Shown here piece after piece: positions 11,274 through 22,300 of a stretch of DNA of 64,000 nt (the stretch's first letter is position 1; each line of letters begins with the position of its first letter). The stretch covers positions 2,688,001 through 2,752,000 of the forward strand of contig OY970325.1 in the NCBI GenBank assembly GCA_963717145.1, read 5' to 3'. The stretch comes from an uncultured Armatimonadetes bacterium. GTDB taxonomy: Bacteria > Armatimonadota > UBA5829 > DTJY01. The notes beneath the pieces were generated by a model. The model was not told where the DNA came from and searched no databases. It was given only the letters and a program-made list of their open reading frames with translations. The position numbers were made by a program, and so were the translations under genes.

Positions 11274-12100
11274 GTGGGAAAAGCGATACTGCTCATTGCA
11301 CTGGCGATCCTGCTTTTCTCGCTGCCGACGATGGCGGCGAGAAACACGGTTGTTCCAGTGGTGAATACGACGAATATCGTATACCAGGCCTACACATTCC
11401 GTGCCGGAGTGGGACCGTCGGTGTGCCGCCGATACTCGCCGTGTCGGGAGTATTGTCACTGACGCCTTCCGACCTCCTGCAGTCCGCGGTGGGGCAGATA
11501 CCCTTCACGATCAAGAGTACTATCCTTCAGAAGAAGACTCCCTCCTTTGTCCAGTGCGCAGATGTCTTTCCCGCCGGCACGGTCAGCCAACAGGGAGCGG
11601 CGAACGTCCGCCTCCAGTGGCCGCTGATGTACGAAACCCCGGGGACGACATGGACGCTCACGATCGTATATGGCACGTCATCCCCGTACGATGATGACGG
11701 GACTGGGCCGAATCCGCCGTCCTACGTTCACACCGTGGTGTGGACCTGGCGTGTGGAAGCGACCCTCCAGAGCATGAAGGACCTGTTGGTGCTGTTCCAT
11801 CAGTTGCCGTTTGGAACAAGCGAAACACCGCTGATCTCGGATGAGGCGCTCTATGGCCAGCTTCAAGAAAAGCTTGACGAGATCATCGTGAAGGTTGCCA
11901 CGCAGAAGACCGCTGCCGCCGGGCTTCTTCTGGCAGACTTCGAGATGGAGGTCATGGACGCCTGCATCCCCACCCCACCAACAGAACCGAATCCCGGCGG
12001 AGCCGGAACGGGTATCGCCAATTCGGCCGAGAACCCGGCATGCTGCAAGCTCATGGTCGATGCAGAGTACGTCGGAAAACAGCTCGGCATCATGCAGTGA
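11274..12100 (+). CDS. Secreted ENPACCK-domain protein, paralog 4 (one apparent -1 frameshift near 11420)
   Basis: GTG 11274 gives signal peptide MGKAILL...PTMA|AR then YQAY; continues in ORF 11423-12100. Adding one G at ~11420 joins them (GPSG|VPPILAV). Confidence 0.8.
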
Positions 12101-12384
12101 TCCCGAGCCGCCACCTGAGAAGTTGAAGGCACTGGTGCCGCCGGTTGCCATTCGACCCTCGAAGATGGTACTGAGACATTCTACCCCACCCACAGGCTGG
12201 TGTTGACATCCTGAGCCGGACGCGGCTCGGGATCGATCGGCACTGCCCGCGGAAAGACTGACCTTTCACCCCACAGCAGCGCTCTGTGTCGTTTACGGCA
12301 TAGGGTGCGCCCTCGGTTCGGTACGTCCGTGCACGGACGAACCGACCCGGGGGCAATGACACCCCACGGTCTGGAGAGAGAAAG

Positions 12385-13260
12385 ATGAAGAAAGCAATTC
12401 CGCTGCTTATCGCCGCGCTCGCGGCGATCTCGCCGCCATTGCTCGCCGCCAGGATCACCGTCGCGCCGGCCAATCACGCGCCGATCCCGGTGTACGAGGC
12501 CTATCGGGGTAGCAGCAATCAGACGGACTGCTTCGACATGGGTTACGCGGGCGTAGGATGGGATGCGATCACCGTCGTGCCCGGGGTCCTTGCTATAGAT
12601 CCCGGACCTGCGTGGTCGAACTACATCAAGGCCGCCCAAGAGGGTGTACCCTACGCGGTCAAGAACGTCGTGCTGCGGAAGCAGACGCCGACCCCGATAC
12701 AATGCGCAGACGTCTTCCCTTCGCGTTTGGTCCAGCAACAGGGAACGCCCAATATTCGCCTAACGTGGCCGCTGATGTACGAAGTCGCCGGGACTACATG
12801 GACGCTCACCATCCTCTATGGCACCACCCAGCCGTACGATGATGATGGAACCGGGCCAAACCCGGCCGGGTACGTCCACACCGAGATCTGGCAGTGGCAG
12901 GCAGAAGTCACGCTGGACAGCCTGAAGAGCGTCCTGGTGCTCCTGCACCAACTGCCCTTCGGCACGAGTCAGACCCCGCTGATCTCTGATGAGATACTCT
13001 ACGAGACACTCCAGTCCCAACTCGAAGAGGTCGCGGCGGCAAAGGTCATCGCCAACGATCTGGTCGCGGCCGGCCTCGCGCTCGGCCAATTCGAGATGAT
13101 CTTGATGGACGGCTGTCTGGCCGTCCCACCCTCTCGGCCCAATTCGACCGGCCCGGGCACGGGTGTCGCCCAGACCGCAGAGAACCCCGCATGCTGCAAA
13201 CTTCTCACAGACGCGGAGTTTCTGGGCTTCAACCTTGGCATCTACCAACCGAAAAAATAG
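12385..13260 (+). CDS. Secreted ENPACCK-domain protein, paralog 5
   Basis: Signal peptide PLLA|AR; conserved domain. Confidence 0.9.
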   Translation: MKKAIPLLIAALAAISPPLLAARITVAPANHAPIPVYEAYRGSSNQTDCFDMGYAGVGWDAITVVPGVLAIDPGPAWSNYIKAAQEGVPYAVKNVVLRKQTPTPIQCADVFPSRLVQQQGTPNIRLTWPLMYEVAGTTWTLTILYGTTQPYDDDGTGPNPAGYVHTEIWQWQAEVTLDSLKSVLVLLHQLPFGTSQTPLISDEILYETLQSQLEEVAAAKVIANDLVAAGLALGQFEMILMDGCLAVPPSRPNSTGPGTGVAQTAENPACCKLLTDAEFLGFNLGIYQPKK

Positions 13261-13470
13261 TATGTGCTCGCCCGATAATATGGTAAGTGCTATGTGTGTG
13301 TTTTGCTGAACGACAGCTCAGCAATAAAGTCTGCCGTTGAGGTTACTAAGGCTCAGTTTGTGGGTATAACAGAATGTGCCGTCTGTACAGGCGGTGGCCG
13401 TGCTTGCGCACGCATTCATTAATTCCGCGATCGTCAGCCGCAGGTTATACGATTACTCAGGAGGTAAGGC

Positions 13471-14139
13471 ATGCAGTCAAGGCATTATGTGATCTCGGTT
13501 GTGGCAATACTTGTCGCGCTATGTTCCGGGCAATCGGACGCCAAACCAAAGATCGACACCGTAGTCTACGAGGTCAAGATGAAATCGCCGCAGGGCGACA
13601 TGGGAACCCGAAAGATGTACAAGAAGGGCGATTTCTTCTTGTGGGAGGCCGACACCTCGGGGCTGAAGTTGAAGTTTGTCAGGAACAAGGATGGCGCCTT
13701 CGCGATTAATCCGTTTGGACGGTTTGCCGGCAAGTACCCTCCCGGCTCGAACCGCGAGTCCCCGATGACATTCCTGCCCGGGCCCGCCGGCGACGTGAAG
13801 GATTTCCTCAAGAAGAATGAGGCCAAGAAAGAGGGCCAGGAGACGATAGGGAAGACACTCTGCGACATCCACACTTACACCGAAAAAGAGACCAAGTGGC
13901 AGTGCAAGCTGTGGGTCGAGCAGAAGACCCTCAGACCCGTGAAGATGCTGATGACCGGCGCGAAGAAGAACGACTGGGTCGATGTCACCTACGTTAGCTA
14001 CAGGACCGGTGGAGTGATCGCCGAATCCAGATTCGCGTTGCCCAAGGACATGGAAATTCGTCCGATGCCAAAGCCGAAAGAGGAAGCGCCGAAGAAAGAA
14101 GGCGACGCAGCACCTGCCCCACCGGCAGAGAAGAACTAG
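13471..14139 (+). CDS. Exported LolA-like / DUF4412-like protein
   Basis: RBS GGAGG; signal peptide; pattern G.ETIG...CDIHTY...KLWV......PVKM...Y...VIAESRFALPKD typical of LolA-fold proteins; basic, with a Pro-rich tail. Confidence 0.6.
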   Translation: MQSRHYVISVVAILVALCSGQSDAKPKIDTVVYEVKMKSPQGDMGTRKMYKKGDFFLWEADTSGLKLKFVRNKDGAFAINPFGRFAGKYPPGSNRESPMTFLPGPAGDVKDFLKKNEAKKEGQETIGKTLCDIHTYTEKETKWQCKLWVEQKTLRPVKMLMTGAKKNDWVDVTYVSYRTGGVIAESRFALPKDMEIRPMPKPKEEAPKKEGDAAPAPPAEKN

Positions 14140-14151
14140 GAGGCCGAATCG

Positions 14152-15600
14152 ATGGGTTCTCGTGACTACAGGAAGCCGCTCCTGCTAACGGCTGCAGTGG
14201 CGGCAGTCGCCATCGCAGGCGTCTTTGCCGGTTTCACCGCCATCGGTGGCACGGCCCCCGCGAATTCCAAGACACTAGCCATACTCTATACCAATCAGGC
14301 ATCCGGCCAGATTCGGTCATGCAATTGCACGAAGTTCCGCTACGGAGGCTATGGGCGTGAAGCCACCTTCGTAGACAAGATCCGAGCCGAGAACGCCAAC
14401 CTGGTCATCATCGAAGGCGGAGACGCCGTGGGCCGTGACGAAGTCGAGCAGGAGAAGCTGAAATCTGAGTTAGCCGTAAATGCGATGGGCGCGATCGGCT
14501 ACTCCGCCTTCGTTCCGGGTGAAGCCGAGCTAACGTACAACCGCAAGAGTCTTGAGGATTGGACCGTCAACTCGAAGACACCATTCCTCCTTGCCAACGC
14601 CAAGTACAAGGACACCGGGAAGCCGGTATGCAGCCGGCCCTACGTGATCCAGAAGCTGCCGAACGGCCTTCGGGTGGCAGTAGTCGGCATCGTGGGCCTT
14701 GAGCTTTTCCCGGAAATGTTGAAGATGGGCATCGAGATTGACGTGAGTGACCCTGCGGTCGCTCTGAAGAGCCTGGTGCCGAAGATCCGCCCCCAGGCGG
14801 ACATAGTGGTCGTTGTCGCCCATTCCGAAGCCGCGAAAGCGAAAGCACTTGCGGGGTTATCCGGTGTGGATGTCGTCATCTGCACCCATTCGTTCGAGAA
14901 GCTGGAGATGCCCGCAAAGGGCGAGAACATCGTTGAGGGCTCGACGGAGAAGATCAGCAAGTGCGTTTTCGTCGTCAGCAGTTCACGGTCGGGCTGGAGT
15001 GTGGGCAGGCTGGACCTGGAACTCGACGGCAAGGGGATCAAAACGGCCCGCAGCCGCAGTTTCTTCCTTGACCGAGCCTATGAGGAGGCGCCGAACCTCG
15101 TCAAGCTGTACAACGAGTACAACGCCAAAGTCGCCGAGGTCACCGCCAGCCAGCAGAACGCGCTCAAGGCCAGATTCGAGGACCTGCTGAAATCCAGAGG
15201 GATCGATACATCGAAGCGCCAGCGCGCAACACCGTATGCCGGTTCAGCCGCCTGCAAGACATGCCACGAGGAAGCTTACGACATGTGGGCCGCGTCCCGG
15301 CATGCGAATGCTTTCGCCACGCTGAAGAAGACAGGGCAGGAGGCCGATCCTGAGTGCGTCTCTTGCCACACTACCGGCGCTATGCGGCGAGGTGGATTCA
15401 CGAATATGAAGGACACGCCCGACCTGGCCAACATCCAGTGTGAGGCATGTCATGGCGACGGCACATCCCATGCGGCCAAGCCCGAAGCGGGCTTCGGCGC
15501 TGTATCAGAGGATCTCTGTCGTGGCTGCCATACCGAGGCGTACAATCCGGACTTCGATTTCGAGCAGATGCTCAAGCTCATTCCGCATAAGAAGCAGTGA
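14152..15600 (+). CDS. Degenerate 5'-nucleotidase (UshA)-like domain with CxC motif fused to a tetraheme c554-type cytochrome c
   Basis: N-terminal membrane/signal segment; LYTNQASGQIRSCNC...GGYGR, IEGGD, PGEAEL; four CxxCH motifs (CKTCH, CVSCH, CEACH, CRGCH). Confidence 0.8.
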   Translation: MGSRDYRKPLLLTAAVAAVAIAGVFAGFTAIGGTAPANSKTLAILYTNQASGQIRSCNCTKFRYGGYGREATFVDKIRAENANLVIIEGGDAVGRDEVEQEKLKSELAVNAMGAIGYSAFVPGEAELTYNRKSLEDWTVNSKTPFLLANAKYKDTGKPVCSRPYVIQKLPNGLRVAVVGIVGLELFPEMLKMGIEIDVSDPAVALKSLVPKIRPQADIVVVVAHSEAAKAKALAGLSGVDVVICTHSFEKLEMPAKGENIVEGSTEKISKCVFVVSSSRSGWSVGRLDLELDGKGIKTARSRSFFLDRAYEEAPNLVKLYNEYNAKVAEVTASQQNALKARFEDLLKSRGIDTSKRQRATPYAGSAACKTCHEEAYDMWAASRHANAFATLKKTGQEADPECVSCHTTGAMRRGGFTNMKDTPDLANIQCEACHGDGTSHAAKPEAGFGAVSEDLCRGCHTEAYNPDFDFEQMLKLIPHKKQ

Positions 15601-15616
15601 AACCTTGACAACAGAA

Positions 15617-15646
15617 AACCCTCGGCTGCAAGTGCAGTCGAGGGTT
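15617..15646. terminator. Probable bidirectional terminator between convergent genes
   Basis: AACCCTCGGCTGCA-AG-TGCAGTCGAGGGTT. Confidence 0.65.
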
Positions 15647-15674
15647 GGTCTGCGTTCTTGATTGGAACTGATCG

Positions 15675-16160
15675 TCAGGCTATGCGCCGTCTGATCATTG
15701 CGCCAAGGCTGGCAACCCCACCGAGCAGGGCAAGCAGGGAACCGGGCTCGGGCACCGGGGTGACTGCGCCATCGAACGTGAACTCGTCGCTCATCACATT
15801 GTAGTATGCCGTGAAGAACGGCGCGTAGGTATCAGCGGTTAGCTCGAATCCGCTCAGGCTTTGTTCGGGCCCTGGGTCGTTTCCAATGGCATCAAAGGCG
15901 GGCCAGTCAAAGCTGGGATTGATCACCCAGCCCGCCGGCGCAGCGGTAACGGTGTAGTAGCTGGTCGGTACAGCCGGATCCCAGAGGATGTCCAGGTAGG
16001 TCGGGATCACGTCACCGGTCGTATCGTTGTTGGTCAACGTGTACACCCAGGAATTTGGCGTCGCCCCTGCCTCGACTGTCATGGAGAACGGGGCAACGGC
16101 AAACGCAGATGCGCTGCAGAGGACCAGAAGTGCGAGCATCAGACTCAGCTTCAGTTTCAT
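15675..16160 (-). CDS. Small PEP-CTERM protein
   Basis: RBS AGGAGGT; signal peptide SAFA; C-terminal VPEPGSLLALLGGVASLGAMIRRR. Confidence 0.9.
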   Translation of the reverse strand: MKLKLSLMLALLVLCSASAFAVAPFSMTVEAGATPNSWVYTLTNNDTTGDVIPTYLDILWDPAVPTSYYTVTAAPAGWVINPSFDWPAFDAIGNDPGPEQSLSGFELTADTYAPFFTAYYNVMSDEFTFDGAVTPVPEPGSLLALLGGVASLGAMIRRRIA

Positions 16161-16284
16161 TTGGTACTACCTCCTTCTGCGGTTAATGATATTTGCAAAT
16201 GCCTGACTGACCGAACGGGTTAGGCCTGTTCAGGTTTCATACAGACAGTTGGTACATCCTATGCCAACTTTCAGAAACATAATG

Positions 16285-16300
16285 TGCAAGAAACGTGCCA
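16285..16300 (-). promoter_or_regulatory. sigma54 (-24/-12) promoter for the small PEP-CTERM gene
   Basis: Minus strand reads TGGCACGTTTCTTGCA; differs by one base from the site at 7273-7288. Confidence 0.85.
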
Positions 16301-16388
16301 ATCGGCGTTCTCAGCAAAAAAAGGCACTGATTAAGTTGCCAAGCTACCGCTAAAAGTGCGAAGTAACACTGAATGGGGGACACTCTCA

Positions 16389-19300
16389 ATGGCTGCAAAG
16401 AAAATACGCGCAAACGCAAACATACTCGGCCTGCTGATATGCATACTCCTCGGGTACACCACCGGTGGCCTCGCATCGGCGTCTCCGATCCCGGGAACGG
16501 AGTTCAGCATCGCGAGCATAACCGGCACAGCGCGATACGCACAGGAATACGTTGATGTCTGCGCCGGCGGCGGAATGTACCTCGCGGTATGGCAGGACAA
16601 ACGCAGCAACGTCGATTACGATATCTATGGTATTCTGCTCGACGCCAACGGGGTGGCACTTACCGCAGAGTCGTTCCTCATATCCAAGATGGTCGGGGGA
16701 GCAGCTGCACCGAGCGACCAGTTGTACCCCGCTGTCGGATTCAACGGCACGAACTTCCTCGTTGCCTGGGCAGATCGCCGGGCAGCCAATCTCGTCTACC
16801 GGATTTATGCGACGCGAGTCACCACAGCAGGAGAGGTCCTTGACCCGGACGGCATTGCATTCCCGACTGCACCGACGCCGACCGACCAGTTCGTACCGCA
16901 GATCGCTTCCAACGGAATCGGCTGGGAAGTGGTCTGGCAGGAGAAGAGTTCGACGGGAAGCGATGACGTGTACGGCATAGCGGTCAGCAGTTCCGGCACC
17001 ATGGGCAGTCGAGTTGCCATTGCCTACAGAGTAGACAACGAGCAGTGGCCGACCATCGCCTGGAATGGCACCAACTTCCTCGTAGTATGGCAGGATCTCC
17101 GCAACGCAGAATCGACGGGCACGGATATCTATGGCAGCCGGCTCACCTCGGCGGGCGCGAAGGTCGCCGGCTCGGAGAAGATGATCTCGACTGCAGTCGG
17201 CTCATCAACGAATGGAGCGGCCGGACCGCAGACCGTTCCATCGGTAGCGGCAAACGGATCCGGGACCTGGCTGATCGTGTGGCAGGATGCCCGAGGCGCC
17301 GACGATGACATCTACTGCGCACGGATGAACAGCGCGGGGACAGTGCAGGACCTGGGGGGAGTCCTCGTCTCGTCGGTGACGAACGACCAGGAGGAACCGA
17401 GCGTCGGATGGGACGGCACGAACTTCCTGGCCGCCTGGCGGGATAAGAACGCAGCCTATGGAATCCGAGGCGCTCGCATCAACTCGAGCGCGGTGGTCCA
17501 GGATGCCTCCGGTATACTGATCACCAGCGCTGCGGTCGGTCAGTATGGTCCCGCAATCGCCAGTCAGAGCGGGAGCAGCCTGGTTGGTCTGTACACTCTG
17601 GACATGAGTCCGAACGTCTATGGCGTGCGCGTGACCTCGGCCGGAGTCGTAGGCAGTCTGACCGAATGGTCGATCTGCTTCCAGGACCAGCCGCAGTTCA
17701 GCGCGGCATTCGACGGCACCAACTACACGGTTGCCTGGGCTGACCGCAGGTCGGGCATGTACCGGGTATACGCCGCCAGGGTCTCCACGAGCGGCACGGT
17801 TCTCGATGCCGGCGGAGTGCTGGTAACGACCACGGCAACAGGAGATCAGACGGAGCCGGCGATCTCATGGAACGGCACCAACTACCTTGTGGTCTGGACC
17901 GAGCAGGGCGCCACATCCTCCGACGTCAAAGGCATGAGACTGACGACGGCTCTTGCGCGAGTCGATGCCGGTCCGCTGAATCTGTGCGTCCTCGATCTCG
18001 ATCAGCATTCGCCTGCGGTAGCATGGAGCGGAACAAACTGGCTTGTGGCCTGGGTGGATTACAGGAGCGCGGTGGCGCCGAACTACTACTGCGACATTCG
18101 CGGTGCGAGGGTCACCGCCGCCGGCGCCATAACGGCGGTCTCTGCGATCGCCGGCGCGGACAACAATCAGTTCGCACCGAGCGTGGCTTCGTGCGGCGGG
18201 AATTTCCTCGTGGCCTGGGAGGACTATCGCAGCGGATCAGCCGTCGTTTACTGCAGTCGGGTTACGAGCACCGGTACAATCCAGGACGGCGCTGGAGTCC
18301 AGGTTCCGTGGACGGCTTACAACAATATTCAGCCCAAAGTGGCATCCGACGGAACGAACTACTTCATAGTGTGGAGCGACAAGCGCGCCGGTTGGTCGAA
18401 CGACAACATCTATGGAGTCCGCATGTCGACAGCCGCGGCACGTCTCGATCCGGCGGATATCCTCGTATGCGGCGCGACGAAGGGCCAGGTGGCCCCATCA
18501 GCTTTCTGGAACGGAACCAACTACCTGGTCGCATGGCAGGACTACCGCAATTCAACTACTGCCGGGTACGATATCTACCTCAACCAGGTGAGCGCCGCCG
18601 GGGCGGTTGTCGATCCAGCCGATAGACTCATCTCCGGCGGACCCCATTCGGAGGTCAACCCTGCAATCCTCGCGACGGGAGGACAGGGGCTGGCGCTCTA
18701 CAGCAACTTCGTTAACGCTACGTATCGGACCGCGGGCGAATTCTCTCCGAGCCGCCACCCGTTCCGGCGGTGACGGACGATGGCGCGTACAGCATGAGCC
18801 CCAACTCGCTGCATGCGACTTGGAGCGCAGCGCCCAGGGAGGCTGAGGTCGCCGAGTACCGATACGCGATCGGCACCACCGCCGGAGGTACCGAGATTGT
18901 CGGATGGACATCCGCAGGTCTTCTGACCGGAGTCACCCACATCGGTCTGTCGCTTACTGACGGTGTGATCTACTACTTCGCCGTCCAGACAAGGAATGCG
19001 TCCGGCACGTGGGGCGATCCGGGGATGAGCGATGGCATCATGGTCGATGCGAGCGCTCCAACAATACCGTCCGTCACCGATGACGGCGCTTATCTGACAT
19101 CCAACAGCCTCCACGCAACCTGGAGTTCCGGAGATCCGCACACCGGCATCCAGGAATACCAGTACGCGATCGGAACATCGTCCGGGGCAATCGATGTTGT
19201 CGGCTGGACATCAACCGGCACGGGCACAGGAATCACGAGATCTGACCTGACGCTCGCCGACGGGACGTCCTACTTCTTCTCGGTCAAGGCCAGGAACGCC

Positions 19301-22300
19301 GCCGGAGGGTGGAGCGTCCCCGGAAACAGCAATGGGATCATGCACGACGCATCCGCTCCTTCAACGCCGGTCGTCACGGATGACGGCGCATACACCGCGA
19401 GTTCGGCGTCGCTCCATGCAGCATGGACGTCATCCGATCCACACAGCGGAATCCAGGAGTATCAGTACGCGATAGGTACTACGGTTGGCGGGATCGATAT
19501 CGTGGGCTGGACGTCCACAGGCACGACCACCGAAGTGACAAAGGCAGGACTATCGCTCACCGACGGCACGACCTATTACTTCTCAGTGAAGGCAAGGAAC
19601 GGCGCAGGCGCATGGAGCACCGCCGGAGACAGCGACGGCATCGCGGTCGATACGTCTGCTCCCACGGCGCCGGTTGTCACTGACGACGGCGCTTACACTA
19701 CAGACGTGACATCACTTCACGCGACTTGGACGGGCTCTGAATCTGAGAGCGGCATCGATGAGTATCAGTATGCGATCGGTACCTCGATGGGCGGAAACAA
19801 CATCGTGGACTGGACGTCCACCGGCACCACCGCAGAGGTGACGCACACGGGGTTATCGCTCAGCGACGGCACGACCTACTACTTCTCAGTGAAGGCAAAG
19901 AACGGAGCAGGCACTGGGGCGCCGTGGGGAACAGCGACGGGATCATGGTCGACACATCTGCTCCCACAACGCCGGGGGTCACTGATGATGGAGTCTACAC
20001 CACAAGTGCCACGACCCTTCATGCGACTTGGACCGCTTCCGATCCTCAGAGCGGAATTCAGGAGTACCTGTATGCGATCGGTACCTCCATCGGCGGAAAC
20101 AACATAGTAGACTGGACGACCACGGGCACGACAGCCGGGGTCACCAGGACGGGACTATCGCTGATCGATGGAACAGCCTACTACTTCTCCGTGAGGGCAA
20201 GGAATGGCGCGGGAGCCTTGGGCACCGCCGGAAATAGCGACGGTATCACCGCTGACGCGTCTGCTCCCTCGACGCCGGTTGTGACTGACGATGGAGCTTA
20301 CACCACGAGTTCAACGTCCCTGCACGCGACCTGGACCGCTTCGGATCCTCAGAGCGGAATCGTGGAGTATCAGTATGCTATAGGTACTTCTGTTGGCGGG
20401 AACAACATCGTGGATTGGACCTCCACAGGGACGACAGCCGGGGTCACCAGGACGGGACTATCGCTGATCGATGGAACAGCCTACTACTTCTCCGTGAGGG
20501 CAAGGAACGGAGCGGGAACCTGGGCCACTGCCGGAAACAGCAACGGTATCACCGCCGACGTGTCTGCTCCCCCGACACCGGTCGTGACTGATGACGGCTC
20601 ATACACTACGAGTTCAACGTCCCTGCATGCAGCCTGGACCGCCGCCGATCCTCAGAGCGGCATCCAGGAGTATCAGTATGCGATCGGTACTTCCATCGGC
20701 GGGAACAACATAGTAGATTGGACATCCACAGGCACGACAGCCTCGGTCACCAGGACGGGACTGGCGCTGATCGATGGAACGGCCTACTTCTTCTCAGTGA
20801 GGGCAAGGAACGGCGCAGGCACATTGAGCACCGCCGGGAACAGCGACGGCATCGTGGCCGACACGACTCCTCCCACCAGACCGGTGGTCGTTGATGATGG
20901 CGACTACATGAACCACACCACCTTGCACGCAACCTGGACATCTGGAGACCCGCACAGCGGCATCCAGGAATACCAGTACGCGCTCGGTACTACTCTCGGC
21001 GGAAACAACGTACTGGACTGGACATCCACTGGCACGACAGCCGCGGTCTCGAAGACAGGATTGTCGCTCACAGATGGACTGACATACTACTTCATGGTGA
21101 GGGCGAGGAACGGAGCGGGAGACTGGAGCCTCGCAGGGAACAGCAACGGGATCATAGTCGATGCGTCCGCTCCCACTACGCCCGTAGTCATGGACGACGG
21201 CCTATACACCTCGAGTTCCACTTCGCTTCATGCCACGTGGACCACATCATCCGATCCACACAGTGGCATCCTGGAGTATCAATATGCCATAGGCACCTCC
21301 ATCGGCGGGAGCAACATTGTGGACTGGACGTCGACAGGCCTGAGCACTGCGGTCACAAAGACAGGGCTATCGCTCATCGATGGGGCGACGTACTACTTCT
21401 CGGTGAGGGCCAGGAACGGCTCGGATATGTATAGCTCTGCCGGAAACAGCGATGGTATCACGGCGGAGGGATCTCCTCCCACGACACCGGTTGTGACTGA
21501 TGACGGCGCATACACCACGAGTTCAACGTCCCTGCATGCAAGCTGGACGTCATCCGATCCTCAGAGCGGAATCGTGGAGTACCAGTATGCCATAGGTACT
21601 TCTGTCGGCGGGAACAACATCGTAGATTGGACGTCCACGGGGACGACAGCCTCGGTCACCAGGACAGGACTGTCGCTGATCGACGGAACGGCTTACTACT
21701 TCTCGGTGAAGGCCAGGAACGGCGCGGGAGCTGGAGCCTCTCAGGGAACAGCAACGGGATCGTGGTCGACGGATCCGCTCCCTCGACACCAGTTGTGACA
21801 GATGACGGCTCATACACTACGAGTTCAACGTCCCTGCACGCGACCTGGACCGCTTCGGATCCTCAGAGCGGCATCCAGGAGTACCAGTATGCGATCGGTA
21901 GTTCCATCGGAGGGAACAACATCGTGGACTGGACGTCAACAGGCACGACAACCGGAGTCACCAGGACAGGGCTGTCGCTGATCGACGGGACGGCCTACTT
22001 CTTCTCGGTGAGGGCCAGGAACGGCGCGGGAGCCTGGGGTACTTCCGGAAACAGCAACGGGATCGTGGTCGACGGATCCGCTCCCTCGACGCCGGTTGTG
22101 ACTGATGATGGGGTCTACACCACAAATGCAACGACCCTTCATGCGACATGGACCGCTTCCGATCCTCAGAGCGGAATCGTGGAGTACCTGTATGCGATCG
22201 GTACTTCCATCGGAGGGAACAACATCGCGGAGTGGACGTCCACGGGCACGACAGCCGGGGTCACCAGGACGGGACTATCACTGATCGACGGAACGGCCTA

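Noticed and set aside
8409-13260. ENPACCK proteins as type IV pilins, c-type cytochromes or RiPP precursors
   Set aside because: They have no G|xxxxE prepilin motif and no CxxCH, are too long for RiPP precursors, and no modifying enzymes lie nearby.
14152-15600. Selenoprotein (UGA read-through) in the UshA-like cytochrome
   Set aside because: The CxC motif is encoded TGC-AAT-TGC and there is no in-frame TGA.
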